Shown piece by piece: positions 27,064 to 38,461 of a stretch of 64,000 nt of DNA. Every line of letters begins with the position of its first letter. Positions within the stretch are counted from its first letter, which is position 1. Where the stretch lies: contig JAGSHC010000006.1 of the NCBI GenBank assembly GCA_023954745.1, forward strand, positions 508 through 64,507, read 5' to 3'. The notes below the pieces were generated by a model. That model worked only from the letters and a program-made list of their open reading frames with translations. It ran no database searches and was not told where the DNA came from. A program made the position numbers and the translations under genes. The stretch comes from Deltaproteobacteria bacterium (GTDB taxonomy: Bacteria > Myxococcota_A > UBA796 > UBA9615).

Positions 27064-30000
27064 CTAGCCCCGCAGCGTGGCGATCAGCTTGCCGTAGAAC
27101 GGGCTGCGCGTGCCTTCGAGCACGGCCGCAAGCTCAGCTCGGCGATCGGCGGGAACGACTCCCTCGTCCACGAGACTCGCCACGTGGGGGACGAGCACCT
27201 GGTGCCACGGCACCTCGAGGGCACGGCCCAGCCAGCGCAGCGCCCGGGAGCTCTCCCCGTCTTCGAAGGCCATGAAGATGCCCTCGAACTCGGTCGCGAC
27301 CCGCGCGTTGGGATCGGAGCGGAGACCTGCCGCGATGCCGTAGACACGCTCGCCCTCTGCCCACTCACCCGACATGCACTGCGCTCGGGCCAGCCAGAGC
27401 GCCCGCACCGGATCACCCGGAGTGCGCCGATGTTGCCGCGAGAGCAGCGCCACCAGCGCGGCCCCGAACCCCTCGGCGATCGCGTCTTCGAGGGCGGCGA
27501 AGCCTGCGTCCTCGGCCTCGTCTCCGCTCAACCCCGCGAGCACGGCTGCGACGGGACCGACAAGCTGCTGCTGCCGCTCCACCGCGCGGCGACGCACATC
27601 GGCCAGAGAGGCGGCAAGCTCAGGCTCCAGCGCTTCTTCTGGCAGCTCAGCGAGCCGAGACGCTGCCTCCCCGAGCCTGCCCTGCTCAGCGAGAACGAGG
27701 ACCTCCTGACGCGCCGCAGCCCTCTGCTCTCGCGCCTCGGCGGCAGAGGCGATGGACTGCGCCAGGGCGGCAGCCACTGCGCCGGGGAGCTCCGCGAACG
27801 CGGCTCCCAGCTCCCCTTCGTCGACGCCACGCAGCCCTTCGGAGAGTTCGGCCCAGAGCCGCCGCGCTCGCCGGGCATCGGGGGAGGCCGCCACGAGCAC
27901 CTGCGCGATGCGCTTGGGGTCGGCGCCAACCAGGGCCTCCACCACGAACTCCCGCGGCAGGGCCTTCAGGCGCAGCGCAGCTTCCAGGAGGGCGGGAGCA
28001 AAGGGCTCTCCCACCTGGACGCGCAGGGCAGCGATGTCCGACCGGCGGGCCGAGCTGAGGTTCTCGATGATGGGGCCCAGCACTTCGTCGGCCAGGGCAG
28101 CGCGGTCACGCTCCCACCATCTCAGGAGCTCGGAGGCGGAGAGGGTCCCTCCCCCCGAGGCGAGCCACGCGCGCGCTGCGAGGCGCCCCGCCGTGACGGT
28201 AGAGCCCTTCTTCGAGAAGAACTCCTTCGCCAGCAGCTCCAGCGACTCAGCGTCCCGGTCGAGGGCGCGAATCAACTCCGGTGCTTTGGGACACGGCGAG
28301 TCGAGAATCGCGCCGAGGCTGGCTAGCGCCGCCCGGGCGGCATCGATGGACTCAGGGGCGTCGGGTACCCCCGGCCCCATGTTCAGGGCCGCGACCAGAG
28401 CGGAGTCCGCCTTCTTGAGCGCGTCGTTGAGGGCACCTCGGAAGGCTCTCGCCGCTGCATACCGAGCCAGGTCGTCGTCTTCGATGCCCGCGAGGCTCTG
28501 GAGCAAGCGAGCTTCGACCTTCGCGCCTCCGCGGCGGCGGACGAACGTCCAGCGCCCTTCCGTGGCGTCGACCGTCCAGGTCCCCGGACGCGGCTGGGCC
28601 ACTCCCTCGGGTAGGCCGACCCATGGGGCCTGCCCATTGGACAGAGCCTTGACGAGGGCCGTGGCCTCACCGGCGCCGGGCGCGGCGTTTCGGTTGGGGC
28701 CTTGATGACGGAACACCGAGAGGACGAAGCTCACCGCCGCACCGCCGAGGACGCGCACGCGTTCAGCGATCGCTTCGGGTTCTGCCGCCAGAAGCTCGGC
28801 CGAAAGCTCCTCTCCGGTGGGGATCACGAGCCGCGGTGCAGCCGGCGCCGACGCCGACTCCGCAGATCCCAGGCCGGTAAAGAGCGCATCGAGCGACGCC
28901 TGGCCACGGCGCGGCGCATCGGTGGCAGGCATCGTCATCGCGAGCGAAGAGGCTCCGGCCGCCCGCTTCGACGCGAGCACCATGCCGGTCGGGTCGCAGA
29001 ACTCACAGGCGCCACAAGGCTCCTCCGTCGCAAAGCCTGCGGCCCCGAGCCACGCCACCGTGCGGCAGCCGTCGGAGGACATCCAGTCGATGGTTCCCTC
29101 GTGACTGGCCGCGATCGCTGTGGCCAGGTCCTCGGGGCTGGCGTCCCAGCGGGGCCCAGGTCGCGCCTCGATGAGGGGGCGCTCGAGCCGCGCGGCGACG
29201 AGGTCGGCAGCATCGAGGTCCATGAGCACCTCTCCCACCAAGGAAGGACGCACGTTCAATGCCTGCGCCAGCGCGATGAGGTCCCGCGGGGACTGGTCGT
29301 TGAGTCCCAGCTTCGTCCGCTCAGCCAGGGACCACTCGGGCAGGGCGGCCGCGTACTGCTCGGCCAGGGCCCGCCAAGCACCGTGGGCATCGACAAACGG
29401 ACTGCGGAACCGGTGGGCGTCGGCGACGAGCGCGACCCCCCAGGCGGGTCGCACGTGTTCGATGGCTCCCACGGCCACCAGGTCACCGACGAGATCAGGA
29501 GCGTCAGCAGAGCCGATCACCCAGGCGCCGTCTGCATCCTCGCCGTGTGCCAGCGAACCGATGAACGCGCCGATCTCCTCCGCCGTGGGCAGGTCCCGCG
29601 TGGACGCATCGGTGACGAGGAGCGAGGTGCCCTCCGGCGCGAACAGCGCTCCTCGCGAGACACCCACGCTGCGCAACGACGACCCCGTCGCGACACCGAC
29701 CCATGGGCGTAGGACGTCGATGCCTGGCTCGGGGACGCGAATCGCAGTCTCCGCGAGAGCCCAGAGGCGTGTCAGAGGCCGGCCGAGATCGTGATCACGG
29801 ACCGGGACGCCGCCGAGGGACTCCCGTCCGGGCCCCGGTCCGAGCAGCAGACCGCCGCCGAGACCCACCATCTCGAGCGCGAGGTCATCCACCCGACGCA
29901 CGACGCCGGGCGCTCCAGCGACACGTTCGGCCTGCGCCGGGGCGTGGGAGGCAGAGCCATACACATGCAGGGCTGGACCGAGCAGTTCTCCGAGCCAGGG

Positions 30001-30348
30001 GGCGCGCCCGAGGCTCCGCGCAGCATCGGCGCCCCACACGACCCGGGGCCAGCCCGCGAGCGCATCGGTCAGCAGCTCAGCGTACGACGGCAAGTGCAAG
30101 CAGTCTGCGGCCGTCACCAGGAGTGGCGACGCCCCTGCGAGCGCCTTGTTGCGCTCTCTGGTGCCTGTGGAGCGCAGCAGGACGGGCGCGGCCGAGCTGG
30201 CCGCAAGGACGAGGGCAGATCCTTCGTCGGGGGCGACGACGAGAACACGTCGGCCTTCGACTTGAAGGGCGGAGGGGGGCAGCGTGGGGCCGACAACAGC
30301 GACGTCCTCGCCGGCGAGCCATCGCTCGCATACGTGGTCAGGTAGCAA
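27064..30348 (-). CDS. RecQ-derived protein with degenerate ATPase motifs plus a ~600-aa Ala-rich helical/TPR-like C-terminal region
   Basis: 1094 aa. LAGEDVAVVGPTLPPSAL sits at the motif I position, LLVTAADCL at the IAPERL position, and VVWGADAARSLG at the DEAH position. The Zn-finger-like CRTVAWLGAAGFATEEPCGACEFCDP is retained. Confidence 0.6.
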   Translation of the reverse strand: MLPDHVCERWLAGEDVAVVGPTLPPSALQVEGRRVLVVAPDEGSALVLAASSAAPVLLRSTGTRERNKALAGASPLLVTAADCLHLPSYAELLTDALAGWPRVVWGADAARSLGRAPWLGELLGPALHVYGSASHAPAQAERVAGAPGVVRRVDDLALEMVGLGGGLLLGPGPGRESLGGVPVRDHDLGRPLTRLWALAETAIRVPEPGIDVLRPWVGVATGSSLRSVGVSRGALFAPEGTSLLVTDASTRDLPTAEEIGAFIGSLAHGEDADGAWVIGSADAPDLVGDLVAVGAIEHVRPAWGVALVADAHRFRSPFVDAHGAWRALAEQYAAALPEWSLAERTKLGLNDQSPRDLIALAQALNVRPSLVGEVLMDLDAADLVAARLERPLIEARPGPRWDASPEDLATAIAASHEGTIDWMSSDGCRTVAWLGAAGFATEEPCGACEFCDPTGMVLASKRAAGASSLAMTMPATDAPRRGQASLDALFTGLGSAESASAPAAPRLVIPTGEELSAELLAAEPEAIAERVRVLGGAAVSFVLSVFRHQGPNRNAAPGAGEATALVKALSNGQAPWVGLPEGVAQPRPGTWTVDATEGRWTFVRRRGGAKVEARLLQSLAGIEDDDLARYAAARAFRGALNDALKKADSALVAALNMGPGVPDAPESIDAARAALASLGAILDSPCPKAPELIRALDRDAESLELLAKEFFSKKGSTVTAGRLAARAWLASGGGTLSASELLRWWERDRAALADEVLGPIIENLSSARRSDIAALRVQVGEPFAPALLEAALRLKALPREFVVEALVGADPKRIAQVLVAASPDARRARRLWAELSEGLRGVDEGELGAAFAELPGAVAAALAQSIASAAEAREQRAAARQEVLVLAEQGRLGEAASRLAELPEEALEPELAASLADVRRRAVERQQQLVGPVAAVLAGLSGDEAEDAGFAALEDAIAEGFGAALVALLSRQHRRTPGDPVRALWLARAQCMSGEWAEGERVYGIAAGLRSDPNARVATEFEGIFMAFEDGESSRALRWLGRALEVPWHQVLVPHVASLVDEGVVPADRRAELAAVLEGTRSPFYGKLIATLRG

Positions 30349-30372
30349 CGTGCTGTGCCTCGAGGGGTCTGG

Positions 30373-31029
30373 TCAGACCGCGATGATGCTCAAGGTCGTC
30401 GAGACCTTGAAGGAGGTGCCCGTACGGGCCTTCACGTCCTCGACCTTGGTGTCGGGGGCGATCTCGATGAGCTCGAGGCCCTCCGAAGAGACCTCGAACA
30501 CTGCGATGTCGGTGATGATGAGGTCCACGACGCCCACTCCGGTGAGGGGGAGGGTGCAACGGTCCAGAATCTTGGGGTCCCCGGCCTTGCTGTTGTGCGT
30601 CATGGTCACGACGACCCGCCGCGCGCCGGCCACGAGGTCCATCGCCCCGCCCATGCCCTTGACCATCTTGCCCGGGATCATCCAGTTGGCGATGTCCCCC
30701 TCGTTGCTCACCTGCATGGCGCCGAGAATGGTCAGGTCCACGTGGCCGCCCCGCACCATGGCGAACGAGGTGCCACTGTCGAAGAAGGAGCTGCCAGGCA
30801 TTGTGCTGACGGTCTGCTTGCCGGCGTTGATCAGGTCCGCGTCGACTTGGTCGTCCGTAGGGAACGGCCCAATGCCCAGCAGGCCGTTCTCACTGTGGAG
30901 GATGATCTCCATGTCCTCAGGAACATGGTTCGCCGCCAGCGTCGGCATGCCGATGCCGAGGTTGACGTAAAAGCCGTCCTCGAACTCCTGGGCCGCGCGC
31001 TTCACGATCTGGTCTCGGGTGAGTGCCAT
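30373..31029 (-). CDS. scoB: 3-oxoacid CoA-transferase subunit B
   Basis: [30 protein letters not shown]...[12 protein letters not shown]. Confidence 0.9.
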   Translation of the reverse strand: MALTRDQIVKRAAQEFEDGFYVNLGIGMPTLAANHVPEDMEIILHSENGLLGIGPFPTDDQVDADLINAGKQTVSTMPGSSFFDSGTSFAMVRGGHVDLTILGAMQVSNEGDIANWMIPGKMVKGMGGAMDLVAGARRVVVTMTHNSKAGDPKILDRCTLPLTGVGVVDLIITDIAVFEVSSEGLELIEIAPDTKVEDVKARTGTSFKVSTTLSIIAV

Positions 31030-31038
31030 GCTCGACTC

Positions 31039-31734
31039 CTAAGCCTGCCGGGTGGTGCGCTGCTCGATGCGCTTCTCGTAGTCGCGCCCTTGCAGGATGC
31101 GCTGCACGAAGATGCCAGGGGTGTGCACGTGGTCCGGGTCGATCTCACCCACCTCTACCAGCTCCTCCACCTCGGCGATGGTGACCTTGCCGGCCATGGC
31201 CATGAGCGGGTTGAAGTTGCGCGCCGTCTTGCGGAACACGAGGTTGCCGTGGCGGTCGCCCTTCCACGCCTTCACGATGGCGAAGTCCGCGTGGAGAGGC
31301 CTCTCAAAGACGTACGTGCGACCGTCGATCTGTCGAGTCTCCTTGCCCTCGGCGACCCGCGTCCCGACCCCAGTGGGGGTGAAGAAGCCGCCGAGCCCAG
31401 CGGATGCGGCCCGAATACGCTCCGCGAGGGTTCCCTGAGGGGTCAGCTCTACCTCGAGTTCGCCAGCGAGGAACTGCCGCTCGAACTCCTTGTTCTCGCC
31501 GACGTAGCTGCTGATCATCTTCTTGACCTGGCGCGTCGCGAGGAGGAGCCCCAGTCCGAAGTCATCCACGCCAGCGTTGTTGCTCACGAAGGTGAGGTCC
31601 TTCGTGCCACGGTCGCGCAACGAGGTGATGAGGTTCTCGGGAATGCCGCAGAGCCCGAAGCCGCCGGCCATGACGACCGCGCCGTCCTGCACGTCGTGCA
31701 GCGCTGCGGCCGCGTCGGGGAAGACCTTGTTCAT
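31039..31734 (-). CDS. scoA: 3-oxoacid CoA-transferase subunit A
   Basis: MNKVFPDAAAALHDVQDGAVVMAGGFGLCGIPENLI... Confidence 0.9.
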   Translation of the reverse strand: MNKVFPDAAAALHDVQDGAVVMAGGFGLCGIPENLITSLRDRGTKDLTFVSNNAGVDDFGLGLLLATRQVKKMISSYVGENKEFERQFLAGELEVELTPQGTLAERIRAASAGLGGFFTPTGVGTRVAEGKETRQIDGRTYVFERPLHADFAIVKAWKGDRHGNLVFRKTARNFNPLMAMAGKVTIAEVEELVEVGEIDPDHVHTPGIFVQRILQGRDYEKRIEQRTTRQA

Positions 31735-31752
31735 GGGGGTCGCTCCAGTCGC

Positions 31753-33357
<1,605 letters not shown>

Positions 33358-33376
33358 TCACTGGAGAGCTTCTTCG

Positions 33377-34267
33377 ATGTCGATGTCCCGCACTTCCCTC
33401 CTTCTCGCCGCCTGCCTGATGGCTCCTCTGACGCTCGTCAGCGGCTGCAAGACCTACACCTCCGGCCTCAGTGGCGCTGCCACGTCGGGAGCCGCCACCG
33501 CCGAGGCCGGCTCCTTCGAGGAGATTCAGGGGATGTGGGACACCGCCCGCGACTCCGCCGAGAAGCTCGACGCGATCATCGGCAAGCTCGAGGCGCTGAC
33601 CGCTGCGAGCCCCGACAACCAGGAAGCCCTGGTGCTGCTCGCCCGGGCCCTCTACTTCCGCGCCGACGGGTTCACGACGGACGTCGAGGAGAAGAAGGCC
33701 ATCTGGGAGCGCGGCGTGACCGTCGGCGAGGCCGCCATGGCCGCCGACGCCGCCTTCAAGGCGCGCATCGACAAGGGCGACAAGCCCTCCGACGCCGTCG
33801 TCGCCTTGCAGAAGGACGACCAGATGGCCATCTACTGGACGGCCACCAACCTCGGCAAGTGGGCCCGCGCCAGCGGCTTCTCCACCTTGGTGAAGTACAA
33901 GGGCTACGTCGCGAAGATGATGACTCACTGCCTCGCCCTCGACGAGACGTCGTACTACGCGGGCCCCGTCCGCTACTGGGGCGCGTTCTACGCCGTCGCC
34001 CCTGGCTTCGCCGGTGGAGACATGGACAAGAGCCGTGAGTTCTTCGAGAAGGCCAAGGGCATGAACCCCGAGGCGTTCTCGACCTACGTGCTCTACGCCG
34101 ACACCTACGCGGTGAAGACCCAGGACCGCGAGCTCTTCGACAGCCTGTTGAAGTACGTCATCGACACGCCCAGCGACATCATCCCCGAGTTGGTGCCGGA
34201 GCAGGACGTGGAGAAGGCCAAGGCCAAGGCCCTGATCGAGGGCGCCAGCGAGAAGTTCGCCAACTAG
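33377..34267 (+). CDS. TPR lipoprotein, TRAP-transporter TatT-component family (by motif recall and context)
   Basis: Lipobox LTLVSGC and an all-helical TPR-like sequence. Sits directly upstream of a fused TRAP permease. Confidence 0.6.
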   Translation: MSMSRTSLLLAACLMAPLTLVSGCKTYTSGLSGAATSGAATAEAGSFEEIQGMWDTARDSAEKLDAIIGKLEALTAASPDNQEALVLLARALYFRADGFTTDVEEKKAIWERGVTVGEAAMAADAAFKARIDKGDKPSDAVVALQKDDQMAIYWTATNLGKWARASGFSTLVKYKGYVAKMMTHCLALDETSYYAGPVRYWGAFYAVAPGFAGGDMDKSREFFEKAKGMNPEAFSTYVLYADTYAVKTQDRELFDSLLKYVIDTPSDIIPELVPEQDVEKAKAKALIEGASEKFAN

Positions 34268-34283
34268 CCGGAGCGCGCCCGTC

Positions 34284-36569
34284 ATGGCTGAGCGCTCCAA
34301 GCTCGATCTCGTCTTCGCCCCGTTCGACCTCGCCGCCCGGGCGTGGGACGGAGCGTGGTCGGGGATTCGCGACTTCCTTCGCGACACCATCCTCCTCAAG
34401 GTCATCTTCGCGCTGATCCTGGTCATCACCGGGATCTACGACGTGCTCGCGCGCGTCCTGTCGTTCGTCGACAAGGCGGTCGACAAGGTCGAGACGACGC
34501 TGATCTTCGTCTTCACCTTGTTGATGACGGGGCTGGTGTTCCTCGACTTCCTCGACCGGGAGCTCGCGAGCATCGACCTCGGGCTTCAGGGGGCTCTCAA
34601 GCTCTCACTGATCTTGATGATCTGGGTCGCGTTCCTCGGAGCGTCCCTGGCGACGAAGGACGACCGGCACCTCACGATCGACGCAGCGGACCGGGCTCTG
34701 TCGCCGGCGGGCTCTGCGCGGCTCTACCGCATCTCCATGGGCATCGCGGCCGTCTTCTGCTGGAAGCTGGCCACGGCGTCCGTGACGATGATCAAGAAGG
34801 CCTTCGACCTCGAGAGCCTCGCGAAGCTCACGGTCCCCGAGTCCATCGGAGTCAAGCTCAACGCGTGGACCGCGGCGATCCTGGAAGGGCGCCTCGATCC
34901 CGAGGACTACCAGTACTTCCTGGAGGAGGGTGGCTTCGCCGTCGCCCTCGGCCAGAACGTGCTCAAGCTCTGGGTGGCGGAGCTCATCTTCCCCATCGCC
35001 TTCTTCCTCATGGCCGCGCGCTTCGCTGCCCGCTTCTTCGGCGGGAAGCCCGACGTCGTGGACGTCGAAGGCATCGCCATGCCGGCGCAGCGCACCTTCC
35101 TGCCCAACGCATCCACCCGGGACATCCTCCTGGCCGGGCTCATCCCGGGCCTCCTTCTCGGCATGCTCGGCGGACTGTGGTTCGGACAGGGCACGTTCAT
35201 TCTGATCTGCGCGATCCTGCTTGTGCTTGCGGGGGCGCCCCTGTTCGTCGTCATCGGCATCGCCGCCGCGCTCTGCGTGGCTCTCCTCGAAGGGCGAGAC
35301 CTCGGCTTCGTCGTCAAGGAGATGTACAAGGCGACTGACAAGGAGGCCCTGCTCGCCATTCCGTTCTTCGTGATGGCTGGCGCGCTGATGACCGAAGGCT
35401 CCATCGCCCGGCGCCTCATCGAGATGGCCCGAGCGGCCCTCGGCTGGATCCCCGGCGGCCTGGCCGTCGCCGGCGTGGTCGCCTGCATGATCTTCGCTGC
35501 CATCTCCGGCAGCTCCCCAGTCACGGTCATCGCGATCGGGTCCATCATGGTGCCCGCCCTGGTGAACGCCGGGTACGACGAGGAGTTCAGCCTCGGGCTC
35601 CTCACCTCAGCAGGATCTCTGGGCATCCTCATCCCGCCGTCGATCCCGATGATCATCTTCGCGGTGGTGGCCTTCGCGGACCCGTCCATCACCTACTCGG
35701 CCTCGGACCTGTTCATCGCCGGCGTGGGTCCCGGCCTCCTCATCGGGGGCATCCTCATCGGGTGGTCCATCTTCAAGGAGCGGGACAAGATCCTGACCCG
35801 CGAGGAGACCCTGGGGCAGCTTCCGCGCGCCATGATCGACGGGATCTGGGCCGCCGGGCTGCCGATTCTCATTCTCTGGGGCATCTACTCGGGCACGTTC
35901 ACGGCCACCGAAGCCGCCGCCGTGTCGGTGGTCTACGCCCTGGTGGTGGAGTTCGTCATCCACCCCATCACACGCCTCGTGGAGCGCAAGGTCGAAGGCC
36001 CCGCCCCAGCGCCCGCGCCCGACTCCATGCCGCGCGAGGACCGGCCCCCGGTCTTCGACCTCACCCCCATGGATCTCCCACGCGTCTTCCGAGACAGCGC
36101 CGTAATCATGGGTTCGCTGCTGCTCATCGTGGTGCTCGCCATCGCGTTCAACCAGTTCCTGGTCTTCCAGGAGGTCCCCGCGAAGGCCGCCGCCTGGGTC
36201 CAGGCCCACGTGGACAGCAAGGTGCAGTTCCTCATCCTGGTGAACATCTTCCTGCTCATCCTGGGCTGCATGATGGACATCATGAGCGCCATCCTCATCG
36301 TGGGACCGCTGCTCACTCCCATCGCTCTGGCCTATGGGGTGCACCCGGTGCACTTCGGGATCATCTTCATCGTCAACCTCGAGATCGGGTACCTGACGCC
36401 GCCGCTGGGGCTGAACCTCTTCGTCGCGAGCTCGGTGTTCAACCAGCCGATCCTGAAGGTCATCAAGAGCGTGATCCCGTTCACGCTGCTCATGCTCATT
36501 GCCCTGGCGATCATCACCGGCTTCGAGCCACTGAGCACCGCGCTGCTCACTGAGGACCCTGCTCCATGA
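34284..36569 (+). CDS. TRAP transporter fused small/large permease (DctQ-DctM fusion)
   Basis: 761 aa and highly hydrophobic. LLAIPFFVMAGALMTEGSIARRLIEMA and ISGSSPVTVIAIGSIM are DctM-type motifs. Confidence 0.85.
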   Translation: MAERSKLDLVFAPFDLAARAWDGAWSGIRDFLRDTILLKVIFALILVITGIYDVLARVLSFVDKAVDKVETTLIFVFTLLMTGLVFLDFLDRELASIDLGLQGALKLSLILMIWVAFLGASLATKDDRHLTIDAADRALSPAGSARLYRISMGIAAVFCWKLATASVTMIKKAFDLESLAKLTVPESIGVKLNAWTAAILEGRLDPEDYQYFLEEGGFAVALGQNVLKLWVAELIFPIAFFLMAARFAARFFGGKPDVVDVEGIAMPAQRTFLPNASTRDILLAGLIPGLLLGMLGGLWFGQGTFILICAILLVLAGAPLFVVIGIAAALCVALLEGRDLGFVVKEMYKATDKEALLAIPFFVMAGALMTEGSIARRLIEMARAALGWIPGGLAVAGVVACMIFAAISGSSPVTVIAIGSIMVPALVNAGYDEEFSLGLLTSAGSLGILIPPSIPMIIFAVVAFADPSITYSASDLFIAGVGPGLLIGGILIGWSIFKERDKILTREETLGQLPRAMIDGIWAAGLPILILWGIYSGTFTATEAAAVSVVYALVVEFVIHPITRLVERKVEGPAPAPAPDSMPREDRPPVFDLTPMDLPRVFRDSAVIMGSLLLIVVLAIAFNQFLVFQEVPAKAAAWVQAHVDSKVQFLILVNIFLLILGCMMDIMSAILIVGPLLTPIALAYGVHPVHFGIIFIVNLEIGYLTPPLGLNLFVASSVFNQPILKVIKSVIPFTLLMLIALAIITGFEPLSTALLTEDPAP

Positions 36570-37414
36570 CCCGACGCACCGAGACGACGATGCAGGCCGC
36601 CGATGGCCTCTCTCTACGGCGAGTCACCTGGCTCCCCGCCGAAGGCGTACAGACCACCGGACTCGTGGTCCTGAGCCACGGGCTGGGCGAGCACGTAGGG
36701 CGATACGACCATGTGGCCGAGGCCCTGAACGCCGCAGGCATCGCCATGACCGGGGCCGACCACCGTGGACACGGACGAAGCGAAGGCTTGCGCGGGCATG
36801 CGGACGGGTTCGTGGAGTACTCCCGCGACGTGCACCTCGTGGTGCAGGCGTTCATGGCGGAGCACCCCGGGCTGAAGTGCATCTTGTACGGGCACAGCAT
36901 GGGCGGTCTCATCGCGCTGAGCTACAACCTCGACATCGCGAACCACCCGGTCGCGGGCTTCGCGGTCAGCAACCCCCAGCTCGGGTTGGCGTTCGAGCCC
37001 CCGAAGGTCAAGGCGTTCGCTGGACGGGTCCTGAGCCGCATCCTCCCGCGGGTGCGCCTCGACAACGAACTCAAGACCGCGGACATCTCTCGCGACCCGG
37101 TCGAGGTCAGCAAGTACGAGAACGACCCCCTCGTCTCCCGGCTGGTGAGCACTCGCTGGTTCACCTCCATGAACAAGGCCACCGACGCGGTGAATGCAGC
37201 CCCCGAACGACTGACGACGCCCGCGCTGTTTCTGCTGGGCGGCAGCGACCGCATCTGCTCGGCCAAGGCGAGCCAGGCCTTTGCAGAGAGGCTCGAGGCG
37301 TCGAAGACCACGGTGCGCCTGTGGCCGGACTCCTATCATGAGCCCCACAACGACCTGGATCGCGACGAGGTGATCTCCACGCTCGTCGGCTGGGTCACGG
37401 AGCAGACTGCGTAA
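36566..37414 (+). CDS. Alpha/beta hydrolase (lysophospholipase / monoacylglycerol-lipase type)
   Basis: GHSMGG nucleophile elbow and C-terminal SYHEPHND. ATGA overlap with the permease stop. Confidence 0.8.
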   Translation: MTRRTETTMQAADGLSLRRVTWLPAEGVQTTGLVVLSHGLGEHVGRYDHVAEALNAAGIAMTGADHRGHGRSEGLRGHADGFVEYSRDVHLVVQAFMAEHPGLKCILYGHSMGGLIALSYNLDIANHPVAGFAVSNPQLGLAFEPPKVKAFAGRVLSRILPRVRLDNELKTADISRDPVEVSKYENDPLVSRLVSTRWFTSMNKATDAVNAAPERLTTPALFLLGGSDRICSAKASQAFAERLEASKTTVRLWPDSYHEPHNDLDRDEVISTLVGWVTEQTA

Positions 37415-38433
37415 TGCCTCAGCGCACCACGGTCATCGGCACCAACATGCGGGTGGACGGGAACCTCGCCGGCGACGGCGACGTGGTGGTGCGCGGTCAC
37501 TTCGAGGGCGCCGTGCACATCGGCGGGAAGCTCACCGTCTCTTCGGGCGGCGTCGTGCGTGCAGACGTCGTCGCCGGGCAGGTGGTGGTCGACGGCTGCC
37601 TTGATGGCTCGGTTCGCTCGGGCGGGGTCGTGCATGTCACCTCACGCGGATTGCTCTCGGCAGACGTCGAGGGGACCGTCGATGTAGACCCAGGCGGGGT
37701 GCATCGCGGGAACACACGACCGGTGCGAGAGATCCCGAGGACCCGGGTGAGCAGCGAGGTTCCTGCAGTCCCTGAGACCGATCCGCTCGGACGCCTCCCC
37801 GCGACGAAGTCCTCCCTGCGCGGTCCAGCAGCGGCGTTTGCCACCCACCAAGAGAGCGTGCGCTACTACGGCGGGCCCGGGCTCTCCCGGATGGAGGAGC
37901 CCCTCCGCGCCGAGAGCGGCCCCATCGACTTCACCATCACCACCGGCGAGCCGAAGGCCATCTTGTCGAGCGACCAGATCCCGGTTCCGCGCCCCCCGGG
38001 GCCGACGCCTCCCCCTGCGTGGATGCTCGAAGGCCATCACCCCGATGAGCCTGGGGTAGACCCGAGCGATGAGCTCACGACCGGCGAAGCTCGCACGAGT
38101 CCGTCGGGTCCACTCCGGTTCACGGCGGCTGATCTCGTCCATGACTCGGAGCCACCACCTGTGCAGACCGCCTCCGGGCTGCCGTCGGTGCCCAACGCCG
38201 AGACTGACGCCGCCGGGTCCACCTCGGTTCCGCCCCGCCCCCCTCGGAAGCCTGTACCTCGAGGCCTCTCGATCGACCCCACGGATCTGCCACGGGGGAG
38301 GACGGAGCTCCTCATCATGAATCCGCCGGTGCGGCGGACCACGAGCCCAGGCGTCTCTCCGGTTCGGAAGACCTTCGGGCAGAACACCGCCAAGATGCAG
38401 GCCCTCGATACCGAGGACGAAGGCGAGAGCTAA
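37414..38433 (+). CDS. Bactofilin-domain protein with a long Pro-rich C-terminal tail
   Basis: N-terminal beta-helix repeats (VDGNLAGDGDVVVRGHFEGAVHIGGKLTVSSGGVVRADVVAGQVVVDG...). TAATG overlap with the upstream stop. Confidence 0.8.
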   Translation: MPQRTTVIGTNMRVDGNLAGDGDVVVRGHFEGAVHIGGKLTVSSGGVVRADVVAGQVVVDGCLDGSVRSGGVVHVTSRGLLSADVEGTVDVDPGGVHRGNTRPVREIPRTRVSSEVPAVPETDPLGRLPATKSSLRGPAAAFATHQESVRYYGGPGLSRMEEPLRAESGPIDFTITTGEPKAILSSDQIPVPRPPGPTPPPAWMLEGHHPDEPGVDPSDELTTGEARTSPSGPLRFTAADLVHDSEPPPVQTASGLPSVPNAETDAAGSTSVPPRPPRKPVPRGLSIDPTDLPRGRTELLIMNPPVRRTTSPGVSPVRKTFGQNTAKMQALDTEDEGES

Positions 38434-38461
38434 CCCTCTCGGGGTGGCCTCAACGCAGTGC

